This document shows positions 52,732-62,182 of a DNA stretch of 64,000 nucleotides, piece by piece (within the stretch, counting starts at the first letter, position 1; the number at the start of each line of letters is the position of its first letter). A model generated the notes under the pieces. It saw only the letters and a program-made list of their open reading frames with translations. It was not told where the DNA came from and made no database searches. This DNA comes from an uncultured delta proteobacterium (GTDB lineage: Bacteria > Desulfobacterota > Desulfomonilia > UBA1062): positions 288,001 through 352,000 of the forward strand of contig CAWCTR010000014.1 in NCBI GenBank assembly GCA_963798485.1, read 5' to 3'. A program made the translations under genes and the position numbers.

Positions 52732-53691
52732 TCAATTGCCCGTACTATAGCTCATTATCAAATGATGCACAGTGATGCCGTCAATTGCAACCGGGCCGAA
52801 ATTGGTTCCTCCGAGGTTCACCGATTGAGCCCTGATGGTGCCTTGCATGGGGAGGTTGAGGACCACAGCTGTGGAGGTTCCATCGGGGGATGACCCCACA
52901 TCAAAAGTCGCCGGGTTCGGGGCCGTGTCGGAATCGCTGCTAACAGGGATGTTGCCGCCGACGATATCTCCGATGCGGAAGTTCCCGGAAAATGCCCATG
53001 TCGAGGGGTCTTCCGGGGCACCGGCCGCACTCTGTGAGAGATGGATGCCTGCCACATTAAGTAAACCCGCGCTCGTATTCGTATTATTATAAGCATAGTT
53101 AAAATTCTGCAACGACCATTGTGCGAGATATTCAAATTCGATCCCGGAACTCCCTGCCCCGTGTGACGTAATGTTCAGCAGGGAAGGACCGACCGTTTTT
53201 ATATCAAAGTTGAGGCTGCCAAGATCCTGGGAGCAGAACACCAGATTTCCGATATTCCATGTTTGAGGGTACGTGTTATCGGAACTGGATATAGAGAGCA
53301 CCGTCCTTGTTTGGCTATCATTATTGGTAATGGTCTCGATATCTATGGAGTTGAAATGGTAGTAGGGGAATGCGCCGGAGTCGATTATGTCATTCGTTTC
53401 ATCCCACGAGCCGGATATGGTGAGATTGTTGAACTCCAGCCAGTTCAAAGGGCTGCTGTCCGTATCGGAGATCTTAAAGATTGCAGCACTGATAGTGTAC
53501 GCAGAGTCTCCCCAGTTGTACGAGATGCCGGCCTGTGCCGAAATCTGGGAAAGCTCACTATCGTCCACGGCTTTCATCCCGGCATACAGGGTGGAACAGG
53601 GAAGAAGAGTAATGACTATAAATGCGCTTAAGCTTAAATAGATGGCCCTGGATGTAAGTATGAGCTTGCGATAATTCATGTTCTCGTTCAT
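52732..53691 (-). CDS. DUF6160/FilA-like secreted subunit (minor)
   Basis: Signal peptide, then MKAVDDSELSQISAQAGI; beta-rich; ends GGTNFGPVAIDGI. Confidence 0.7.
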   Translation of the reverse strand: MNENMNYRKLILTSRAIYLSLSAFIVITLLPCSTLYAGMKAVDDSELSQISAQAGISYNWGDSAYTISAAIFKISDTDSSPLNWLEFNNLTISGSWDETNDIIDSGAFPYYHFNSIDIETITNNDSQTRTVLSISSSDNTYPQTWNIGNLVFCSQDLGSLNFDIKTVGPSLLNITSHGAGSSGIEFEYLAQWSLQNFNYAYNNTNTSAGLLNVAGIHLSQSAAGAPEDPSTWAFSGNFRIGDIVGGNIPVSSDSDTAPNPATFDVGSSPDGTSTAVVLNLPMQGTIRAQSVNLGGTNFGPVAIDGITVHHLIMSYSTGN

Positions 53692-53757
53692 CCTCTCATG
53701 ACCTTAGGCATGTTCTGTTCCGTCAACCTCTTCCACAACACTTGATCAATTCATTCT

Positions 53758-53800
53758 ATAAAGAAAAGAAAGGAAACCGGGTAAACCCCGGTCTCCTTTC
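53758..53800 (-). terminator. Intrinsic terminator downstream of the major subunit gene
   Basis: 14-bp stem GAAAGGAGACCGGG/CCCGGTTTCCTTTC followed by TTTTCTTT. Confidence 0.75.
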
Positions 53801-53815
53801 TGAATACTGACTAAA

Positions 53816-55127
53816 TTAGTGGGCCCAGATGTCTACCCAGCTGCCAGCATGGATATCAAACCCGAAGTGTGACAGATAGATGTCACCAAGGGTTGTCGTT
53901 CCAGGACCGGCTGCAAAGTTAGAAGCATTAGACAGCTGAACTGCCGCTGTGACAGGTCCGCCGACATCAATCATGAACTCGGTCGGGAAGGAGATGTGGA
54001 CCACGGTAACCGGATTAACTGTAGAAGGCATACCGGCTGCAGCGAGACCAGCCTGTATGGCGTCCAGAGGCGTACCATTCGGTATTGTGCCAACAGTACT
54101 GTACTGCTCGAAACCTAATCCTGCGAGCACTGCCTGTACCGTTGTTTCACTCTTGTAGAATCCTGTAGGAACACTCAGAACCGTATTGCCATCCATGAAG
54201 CTAATAATCGCCGGGAGCTGTGCATAGATACCCTTTGCGGAGGTGTTAATATCAATGCCAACTGTCCCGTTGATGGCGATCGACCCAATATTCAACTGGG
54301 TGAGGCCGATATAACCAGCTGCATTATCATTCATCCAGTCGGTGCCAGTAAACTTATCAATCGCCTGGCCTGATGGTCCGCCTACGCCGTTGGTTATACC
54401 ATCTTCGTCACTCCACCCCAAATAGGTCAGGTCGAGTTTGTCGATGGTTACATTAATAGCAAACTGTACGCCCGAGGTGTTGCCTGCCGCTTACCGAAGC
54501 AGGAGAGTAAATGTCAACATAGCTCCAGGGGTTGATGTACATGGAGAAACCACCCAATTCGACATCGCCGAGGTTCTGGGCGGAAGCTGTATTGATATCA
54601 TCCGTCGCAGCACCAGTGTTGCGCTGATACAGATTGATATCAAAGGTCATCGATGCCACTGAAATCTCAAGAGCGCCAAGGCCGAAACGGACAAATGTCG
54701 TGCCAGCGGGCAAGTTCTCAGTTACACCAGACACACCCCAAGAAGGAGTGGTGGTTACTGACAACGGGGCATTGACGGTCGCCACGTCGATGGTGATCGG
54801 CTTCAGCATCATGGTGTTATAGCCGCCGTAGGTGTCACTAGTCTCCATACGAGCTTCTATTGTCAGGTTGGTGAGGTTGAAGTTGTTGATTCCGATATAA
54901 CCACCGCTTGAGCCAGCAGGTACGGTCCATGGGTTGAAAATACTGGTGATACCATCTGAGTCGCCCCAGGCCATGGTTCCGATGTAGACGTTCATTGATA
55001 CATTGGCGTTGATGTTCACGCCAGCCTGACCGGTTACATTAGATAGATCATTATCTGCAACCGGGGTCATTGCCCATACTGAAAGGGGCAGGAGAAGAAT
55101 AGCCAGAATTGTCAATACTCTCTTCAT
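53816..55127 (-). pseudogene. DUF6160/FilA-like major subunit (about 436 aa, two modules) interrupted by a +1 frameshift near 54491
   Basis: Removing one base from GTAAGCG joins ...YVDIYSPASV to AAGNTSGVQFAINVTIDKLDLTYLGWSDEDG, which aligns with the end of the 29714 paralog. Confidence 0.8.
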
Positions 55128-55385
55128 AACGTATTTGCCTCCATTTGTTATTTTTTTCTTAGCTGCTAAGTTCTTAAACAACTTTCTTTGATACCGTTCA
55201 TGATCGTTTTATGTCCGCTCTTCCCTGGCATCACCCCCTTTATATATTTTTGTATTATGGAAAAGCACAGGGGCGGGAGAATAAACGGCAACAATACCCT
55301 CTCCCGATTGCACTGCATTGGTAGTATCTCTCATCATATACACCCTGTGTGCTTTCATAACCTCTCTACTCACGTCCTTCTCTCC

Positions 55386-56105
55386 TCAAGGTGCGGGTGT
55401 GATCGTGGCATTGTTCCAATAGAACCACCAGCCCTTCTGCGGCCCGCTCGCTGAGAGTTGCATATAAAATTCGGAATTAGTGCTGGTGATCGTTGCCGTG
55501 CCCAGGTTAGCCCTGGTTCCTTCATAGACCAAGGTACCGGGGGTGCCGAGAGTATTGGAGGTACCGGGGCTCCCGCCGTTCTCAATCCGCCCGGAAAATG
55601 AGTTAAAATCGGCGCTTATGGGGCCGGTCATCGAAGGGGAGCCGACTCTGAGACTATTGAGGGTTCTTGCTGTATTGTCGGTAATATTTGTAAAATTTGC
55701 CTCGATATAAACCCCATTGCATACAAGATCTTGTGTCGGCGACCCCAGTGAAACATTTGTCCAGGCTTCATCCCACCCAAGTGATGTGCCGTTGTTATAA
55801 TAACCCATCTTCAGGGAATCGATCTGGGTGAATGTCTGCGCCTGGATATTTAAATAGGCCCTGGTGACATTATCAGTCATGGTGAAGCTGGAAAAGCCGG
55901 CAGCTGTAACATCAGAGAGCTCATTATCGTTCATCTGCACCATAGAACAATTATAGGCTTGCTGTCTGTCAAGTATGTAATCATGAGCTACCATATCTGT
56001 ATCCACAGTCTTCTCCGCTGCATAACCGGGCACTGCCGTTATGATGAATACAAACGTTGCCGCAACAAGTACCAACCAACCTCTCTTCAATAAATTCCAA
56101 TTCAT
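55386..56105 (-). CDS. DUF6160-like secreted subunit, first gene of the operon
   Basis: Signal peptide; MVQMNDNELSDVTAAGF; Ser/Thr/Asn-rich. Confidence 0.65.
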   Translation of the reverse strand: MNWNLLKRGWLVLVAATFVFIITAVPGYAAEKTVDTDMVAHDYILDRQQAYNCSMVQMNDNELSDVTAAGFSSFTMTDNVTRAYLNIQAQTFTQIDSLKMGYYNNGTSLGWDEAWTNVSLGSPTQDLVCNGVYIEANFTNITDNTARTLNSLRVGSPSMTGPISADFNSFSGRIENGGSPGTSNTLGTPGTLVYEGTRANLGTATITSTNSEFYMQLSASGPQKGWWFYWNNATITPAP

Positions 56106-56158
56106 GTCATGTACCTCAGTGCTTAATGGGCATCTGATCGTCATACGCCCATAGTAAC

Positions 56159-56174
56159 AGCAATAAGCATGCCA
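56159..56174 (-). promoter_or_regulatory. sigma54 -24/-12 promoter
   Basis: TGGCATGCTTATTGCT, one mismatch from TGGCAC-N5-TTGCW. Confidence 0.8.
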
Positions 56175-56234
56175 TATAATACTGTCTATATTTCAATAAG
56201 TTATCATCTATAGGATCTGTGGTTTCAGGGAAAA

Positions 56235-56250
56235 TGGAAAGTTATTTCCA
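56235..56250. promoter_or_regulatory. Candidate enhancer (bEBP UAS) palindrome
   Basis: TGGAAA-GTTA-TTTCCA, about 60 bp upstream of the -24 box. Confidence 0.45.
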
Positions 56251-56327
56251 CACACCCGAGAAAACATTTTCATCTAAAGTGTGTGCTTTACTTTATAAAC
56301 TCAGCAAGCCCGCTGAAGGAATAAGAT

Positions 56328-57155
56328 TCATCTATCATTCGTTGCGCCGATAGTAAGCGTCTTCTTCGGAACGCTGATCCCCTCGCTGTCGGACTGCAGC
56401 ACATAGGCGGCAAGTCCGGTGAGATCGATTGAATTATTCAGCTTGAGTGTCACATCGTATATGTTGTGGGGTTTATTATCTAAGGGACTATAGTAGATCA
56501 CAATGGTTCCGTTGAAGGTGTTACCGTGACTGTCTTTACCAGATATGACTGCCCCTTTTGTATCAGTAGTATCGGGCGTTATTGTTAATGTAACGGTGTT
56601 GTTCTGCTGAAAGGACTTATTAATCTCCCACTGCCCTTTAATATTGTTTATATTTGGTGTGACATCGTAGGTAGTGTTGTAATATAAAAGAAACTCCCCG
56701 TTTTCCGATTTTGATTTATAACTATAAGCGCCAAAGGGTGGGCCCCCCAAAACCCTCTTCGTGGATGCAGGAGCAAAGATATATACGGATTGAAGTGGCA
56801 TGGTGCGGTAATCGGGCCCGCTGGTGTTCCAGGAACAGTCATCAAGATAACCGGTAAAGATAGCGCTGTCAGGCGTTTCCGTCAGATAGGATCCGTCCGG
56901 GCTGATAAATTGCTTATATTGGTTGTATTGGTCCTGACCGATTAACCTTCCGGAATAATTATCATTATCGTCTGTTGTGAAGATTCCCACTACGAACGTA
57001 GTGCCCATGTACCCAAGCCACACACCTGATATATCCTGTTTCTCATAGGGCTCAGTAATGTTGCTGATATTGCTGCTTGAACTGCAACCGGCAATCAAGG
57101 GCATCGACACCACCAGAAGGGCAAATAACCATTTATTTTTTCTGACTCTAGTCAT
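56328..57155 (-). CDS. Putative lipoprotein
   Basis: Lipobox IAGC-SSSS; two ISGVW/IKGQW beta modules. Confidence 0.75.
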   Translation of the reverse strand: MTRVRKNKWLFALLVVSMPLIAGCSSSSNISNITEPYEKQDISGVWLGYMGTTFVVGIFTTDDNDNYSGRLIGQDQYNQYKQFISPDGSYLTETPDSAIFTGYLDDCSWNTSGPDYRTMPLQSVYIFAPASTKRVLGGPPFGAYSYKSKSENGEFLLYYNTTYDVTPNINNIKGQWEINKSFQQNNTVTLTITPDTTDTKGAVISGKDSHGNTFNGTIVIYYSPLDNKPHNIYDVTLKLNNSIDLTGLAAYVLQSDSEGISVPKKTLTIGATNDR

Positions 57156-57382
57156 CTCATTCCCTCCTTATTCGAGAGAGATTATTAAGTATGTATTGTT
57201 TAGTATTTATCAGAAACAACGGGATCATTCCAGGTAATATTCGTAAAAGCATCTACTAAAAATGGTCTCTTTATATGCATTTATTTTCCTCCATTTGAGA
57301 GTATCTTTTCCTATACACATCACCTAATGATAGTGGCATTAAAATTTATTTCATGATATCAATACACTGAAAATTATCTTGC

Positions 57383-57398
57383 TGGAATATTTTTTGCT
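57383..57398 (+). promoter_or_regulatory. sigma54 promoter candidate
   Basis: TGGAATATTTTTTGCT, GG-N10-GC. Confidence 0.5.
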
Positions 57399-57507
57399 AC
57401 ATAAAATATTTGATTAACTGAACTGACAATAATACTTGGTCATTATTATATGGTATAATGTAATTAATAATGACTATTCGTTGGACCATGGCTCAGGAGG
57501 CGGGAGA

Positions 57508-58338
57508 ATGAAGAAGGTTATTGTATTTGCATCGTTTTTGATATTATCTTCAACCCATATTATCTCAGCCTCAGAAGGGGACCAGCTTCCCGAATCAACC
57601 ATGGAGGGGCAAACAATCTCAAGTCAGTTGTCATCACCAACAACCGATCTCAATGATACCTTATTACCCGCCCCTTCCGACACCCAGGCAAATGACATTA
57701 CAAAGCCCCAGGAGGATCTTTCCCATGAAGGGCTTACTTCGGCCCCTCAAAACAAGGGGTTCTTACAATTATTTAATATATTAAATATATTCAATTTATT
57801 CAAGACCAGCAAGACAACGCAACCCGTACAACCGGCTATTACAAAAGGCGAACTTGCCGCATCCAAGGAACCGGGCACAGCTTCCCTGCCCGGTGTCGAT
57901 CTCAAGGATAACAATGAACAAGCGCCCCAGGCCGTTCCGGATGAGCTTACCCACAAGGTCCTTTCCTCTGAGATTCAAGGGAAAGGCGCATTCGGCTTTA
58001 TTAAGCCTGATGATACCATGCCATTACCCGTTCCGGCCGCGGCACCAAATCAAGGAACACGGGCTGCAGGGCTAACCTCCACTTCCGGATCTGATGGGTG
58101 GAAAGCTGATTTCATGAACTCATCCCAGAGTGACCCTGATGATATTTCTCATCAATCTCTCGCAACAGGACTTCAAGGCAACGATATAATGACTATCTTT
58201 TCTGCCGGTAATACAGCCGATAACCAGACCATATCGGTCCAGCCGTATTCGGTAAAAGGCACTGCATTACCTGATATTCTCTCAAAAAACAGCCGGACCC
58301 TTGTCGCCCAGGCCGGAACAGAAGAGCTGTCCCATTAG
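57508..58338 (+). CDS. Secreted low-complexity protein; N-terminal part of a gene split by an in-frame TAG
   Basis: Signal peptide MKKVIVF...ISA; S/T/P/Q-rich. Confidence 0.6.
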   Translation: MKKVIVFASFLILSSTHIISASEGDQLPESTMEGQTISSQLSSPTTDLNDTLLPAPSDTQANDITKPQEDLSHEGLTSAPQNKGFLQLFNILNIFNLFKTSKTTQPVQPAITKGELAASKEPGTASLPGVDLKDNNEQAPQAVPDELTHKVLSSEIQGKGAFGFIKPDDTMPLPVPAAAPNQGTRAAGLTSTSGSDGWKADFMNSSQSDPDDISHQSLATGLQGNDIMTIFSAGNTADNQTISVQPYSVKGTALPDILSKNSRTLVAQAGTEELSH

Positions 58339-58374
58339 GCACTCGCAGTTGCTATTCCTACACAGGATAAAGAC

Positions 58375-59184
58375 ATGTTCTATTTTATCAAGACCAGCGG
58401 GGCAGTTCCTCTCCTGGATAAATCCTTTCGTCAATTCTTGGATTATGGTGCCTCCGTGTCTTTGGGCGCAGGGAAACATATCGGTGAGAACCTATCCGTA
58501 AGTGTCTCTCTCGATATAGTCATGCTTACCGGCGACTGGTCGATAGCGGGTGATAGACAATCCATCGAAATCGCCACAGAGTCATGGGACCCGACGACAT
58601 CTGGCCAGGCTGGTCAGACCACTGTCTATGCCGAAGATCTCCCTGTGGCAAATGAAGGGATAGGTTATAGCAGCGGGAAAGACGTTACGATCGTCAGTGC
58701 CGAATCCCTGAAACGGATTGATGTGCATACCGACCTCTATCTATTTCCCGTCACAATAAATGCACTCTACAAATTTCAGCCGATAGGCAAGATATCTCCC
58801 TATGTAGGCGGTGGGATTGGATACTGTCTGGCAACCCGTGACTCGGACAGCAGTGCCCTTAAGAGCAAGTATTTTCAAGGCCCTGATTACAATATCACCT
58901 TTAATAACTCCCAGACATCGAAGGGCATGCTCCTCAATCTCCTGGGTGGTGTTAGTATCCCTGTTTACCAAAATCTGACATTCGTGGCAGAGGCAAATAC
59001 GACCTGGTATAATCTGAAAACCTTCGACCCTATCCTGGAGATCACTATTAAGACACCACAAAACCCCGCTAATCTTGGAGGTAATGACGTCACCACATAT
59101 AGTTATGAAACCCCCAAGCGTATCGGGGTGTTTACCCAGGAATTTGTAGGGAACTTCTCTGTCGGCCTTGTGATGCCGTTTTGA
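58375..59184 (+). CDS. Outer membrane beta-barrel (OmpW/OmpA-like) domain; in frame with the upstream ORF
   Basis: ISPYVGGGIGY, alternating strands, C-terminal F; no signal peptide of its own. Confidence 0.7.
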   Translation: MFYFIKTSGAVPLLDKSFRQFLDYGASVSLGAGKHIGENLSVSVSLDIVMLTGDWSIAGDRQSIEIATESWDPTTSGQAGQTTVYAEDLPVANEGIGYSSGKDVTIVSAESLKRIDVHTDLYLFPVTINALYKFQPIGKISPYVGGGIGYCLATRDSDSSALKSKYFQGPDYNITFNNSQTSKGMLLNLLGGVSIPVYQNLTFVAEANTTWYNLKTFDPILEITIKTPQNPANLGGNDVTTYSYETPKRIGVFTQEFVGNFSVGLVMPF

Positions 59185-59368
59185 CAGGATCAGGGCAAAC
59201 TCCTACAGGGCATGGGCATATCTAACCATGTTAATCTTTCCTTATCTGCAACTTCCCGTGTATACTACATATATCCTATAAGATTTGGATACTATCAATG
59301 TGTGATTGAAAATAGATCTATAATTCTATAATTAAGAGGTTATTTTCTCTTACCTGGAGGAAACGCTG

Positions 59369-62182
59369 ATGCCTGAGAAACCAACATCTCATGAGGTACC
59401 TGTTGCGATGATCAGTAATGAGAAGCCATTTCTTAAGGAAGATGATCTACGCATTAAAGACTATGCTATCGCTTCTTCCATAAGTGGCATCGCCATTGGA
59501 AGCCTTGGCGGTGTGGTCACGTATGTGAATAATGCCGCTCTTAAAATGTGGGGGAGCGATGACCCGGCTGAAATAATCGGTAAACCTGCGACCGTATTTG
59601 CGCAGTCCGAGCAGGAGGCGCTCAGCATAATGCAGACGGTCCTTGAAGAGGGTGAGTGGTCGGGTGAGATTACCGGGAGGCGGAAAAACGGCTTACCCAT
59701 TATCGTACTCCTCTCTGCAAACCTCGTTCGAAATGAGACCAATAACCCTGTATGCATGATATGCTCCTTCATGGATATAACAGACCGGAAACACATTGAA
59801 GAAGAGCTCCGGATCAAGGAAAGCGCCATAGCATCCTCCATTAATGGAATAGCCATCGGTGACCTCTTGGGGAATGTAACTTATATTAACAATGCCGCCC
59901 TTGCTATGTGGGGTTCCAATGACCCGACGGACATCATCGGCAAGCATGTAACCGTCTTTGCCCAGTCCGAGGAAGAGGCCCTTCAAATCATGCATACTGT
60001 CCTTGAGAAAGGGCATTGGTCAGGAGAGATTACCGGGAAAAAAATGGATGATTCGCCTATTACCGTACATCTTTCCGCAAGCCTTGTTCGAAATGAAAAA
60101 GGTGAGCCTATCAACCTGATGTGCTCCTTCATCGATATCTCGGACCGCAAACGAATAGATAATGAGCTTCGAATCAAAGACTGTGCCATAGCCTCCTCCC
60201 TCAATGGCATCGGTATCGGTGATCTTGAGGGCAACACTATGTATGTAAACGCAGCGGCACTAAAAATGTGGGGTGCGGATGACCCTTCAGAGATTATTGG
60301 AAGGTCGCCATTGGACTTCGCGGATTCACAGGAAGAAGCCCTAAGGGTATTCGAAGAATTTATGGAAAAGGGCGGATGGTCAGGTGAGATTACGGGAAGA
60401 AAAAAAGATGGCTCGCTGATTACTGTGCTTCTCACTGCAAGCATAGTTCGCGATGAAAAGGGTGAGCCTATCTGCACTATGGACTCCTTTGTCGATATCA
60501 CTGAGCGAAAACGCATGGAAGAAGAACTCCGGATCAAGGACTATGCCATAGCCTCCTCAATTGATGGCATCGGCATCAGCGATCTTGAGGGCAACATTAT
60601 CTATGTGAACAAGGCTGCCCTAAAGATGTGGGGGGCCAAAGATGATTCGGAGATTCTCGGTACCTCTGTGCTCAGCTTGGCGCAGTCAGAAGAAGATGCC
60701 CTTGAAATTTACCAGACCGTCTTCGAAAAAGGGAGTTGGTCAGGAGAGGCCTCAGGCTATCGAAAGGACGGCTCCCCCATAACCGTACATATATCAGCGA
60801 GTCTCGTGCGTAACGAAAAGGGCGAACCTATCTGTTTGATGGACTCCTTTGTGGACATCACTGATCGCAAGCGAATGGAGGAGGAACTCAAGATCAAGGA
60901 TTTCGCCATAACATCCTCCATTGTCGGCATAGGCATCACTGACCTGGAAGGCAATATCATTTATGTGAATGAGGCATCGCTTAAGATGTGGGGCGCCGAG
61001 GATCCATCGGAGGTAATCGGTACCTCTGCATTCAACCTTGCTGAATCACAGGAAGAGGCCATTGAGATTTACCAGACGGTCTGGGAGAAGGGAAGCTGGT
61101 CCGGTGAAGTTTCGGGCTATCGGAAGGATGGATCCCCCATTACTATCCACCTCTCTGTAAACCTTGTGCGCAACGAAAAAGGCGAGCCCATATGTGGAAT
61201 GGATTCATTCCTGGACATCACTGATCGCAAGCGAATGGAGGAGGAACTCAAGATCAAGGATTTCGCCATAGCATCCTCCATTAATGGAATCGCCATCGGT
61301 GACCTCGAAGGTAACATCACCTATGTCAATGACTCCTTCATGCGGCTCTGGGGTGGCAAAAACCCTTCTGAAGTCACTGGTAAATCCGCCCTCTCGTTTG
61401 CCCAATCCGAGGAAGAGGCTGCGAGGATTTTCCAGATTGTTTCTGAATCGGGAAACTGGTTTGGCGAGATCATTGCCAAGAGGAAAGACGGCAAACTCCT
61501 TGCCCTGCAACTCACCGCAAGCATGGTGAAAAATGATGACGGCAAACCAATCTGCCTTATGTGTTCCTTCATTGATATCACTGAGCGCAAAATCACGGAG
61601 CAAAAGCTCCAGAGGGCATATGAGAGCCTTGAACATCGGGTGGAAGAGAGGACCGAGGAACTCGTCAAGGCCAACATTCGGTTAAAGAAAGAGATAGAAG
61701 AACGAAAACTGGCAGAACAAAACCTCATTGCGAAGGAAGAGGAATTGAGTCTTAAATCAATCCATTTGGAAGAGGCCAATACGGCCCTCAAGGTGCTCCT
61801 CAAGCATGGTGAGCAGGACAAGAGTGAGCTTGAGGAAAAGGTGCTTTCAAATATTAAGGAACTTGCACTTCCCTATCTTGAAAAGATTAAAATGGGCGCC
61901 CTGGATGAGAAGCAGAGGACTTATCTGGAAATCCTGGAATCGAACCTTAATGACATCATCTCGCCCTTTTTGAAAAAACTCTCATCTCAGTATCTCAATC
62001 TTACCCCGACAGAGATTCTGGTAGCTAACCTTATTCGTGAAGGGAAATCCACAAAGGAAATTGCAGACGTTCTGAGTATTTCTGAAAGGGCCATCGAGTT
62101 TCACCGCAACAACATAAGGGAAAAGCTTGGTCTGAAGAAAGCAAAGACCAACTTAAGGTCCTATCTTCTGACCTTGAGCTGA
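59369..62182 (+). CDS. Six tandem PAS/PAC domains + LuxR-type HTH regulator
   Basis: Six 120-aa repeats (YVN.A...WG...WSGE...KDG...DIT.RK); C-terminal LTPTEILVANLIREGKSTKEIA...HRNNIREKL. Confidence 0.92.
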   Translation: MPEKPTSHEVPVAMISNEKPFLKEDDLRIKDYAIASSISGIAIGSLGGVVTYVNNAALKMWGSDDPAEIIGKPATVFAQSEQEALSIMQTVLEEGEWSGEITGRRKNGLPIIVLLSANLVRNETNNPVCMICSFMDITDRKHIEEELRIKESAIASSINGIAIGDLLGNVTYINNAALAMWGSNDPTDIIGKHVTVFAQSEEEALQIMHTVLEKGHWSGEITGKKMDDSPITVHLSASLVRNEKGEPINLMCSFIDISDRKRIDNELRIKDCAIASSLNGIGIGDLEGNTMYVNAAALKMWGADDPSEIIGRSPLDFADSQEEALRVFEEFMEKGGWSGEITGRKKDGSLITVLLTASIVRDEKGEPICTMDSFVDITERKRMEEELRIKDYAIASSIDGIGISDLEGNIIYVNKAALKMWGAKDDSEILGTSVLSLAQSEEDALEIYQTVFEKGSWSGEASGYRKDGSPITVHISASLVRNEKGEPICLMDSFVDITDRKRMEEELKIKDFAITSSIVGIGITDLEGNIIYVNEASLKMWGAEDPSEVIGTSAFNLAESQEEAIEIYQTVWEKGSWSGEVSGYRKDGSPITIHLSVNLVRNEKGEPICGMDSFLDITDRKRMEEELKIKDFAIASSINGIAIGDLEGNITYVNDSFMRLWGGKNPSEVTGKSALSFAQSEEEAARIFQIVSESGNWFGEIIAKRKDGKLLALQLTASMVKNDDGKPICLMCSFIDITERKITEQKLQRAYESLEHRVEERTEELVKANIRLKKEIEERKLAEQNLIAKEEELSLKSIHLEEANTALKVLLKHGEQDKSELEEKVLSNIKELALPYLEKIKMGALDEKQRTYLEILESNLNDIISPFLKKLSSQYLNLTPTEILVANLIREGKSTKEIADVLSISERAIEFHRNNIREKLGLKKAKTNLRSYLLTLS

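Noticed and set aside
59461-61821. Repeated minus-strand ORFs and periodic DNA repeats
   Set aside because: Antisense of the PAS repeats; the period is 360 nt and coding, so not a CRISPR array
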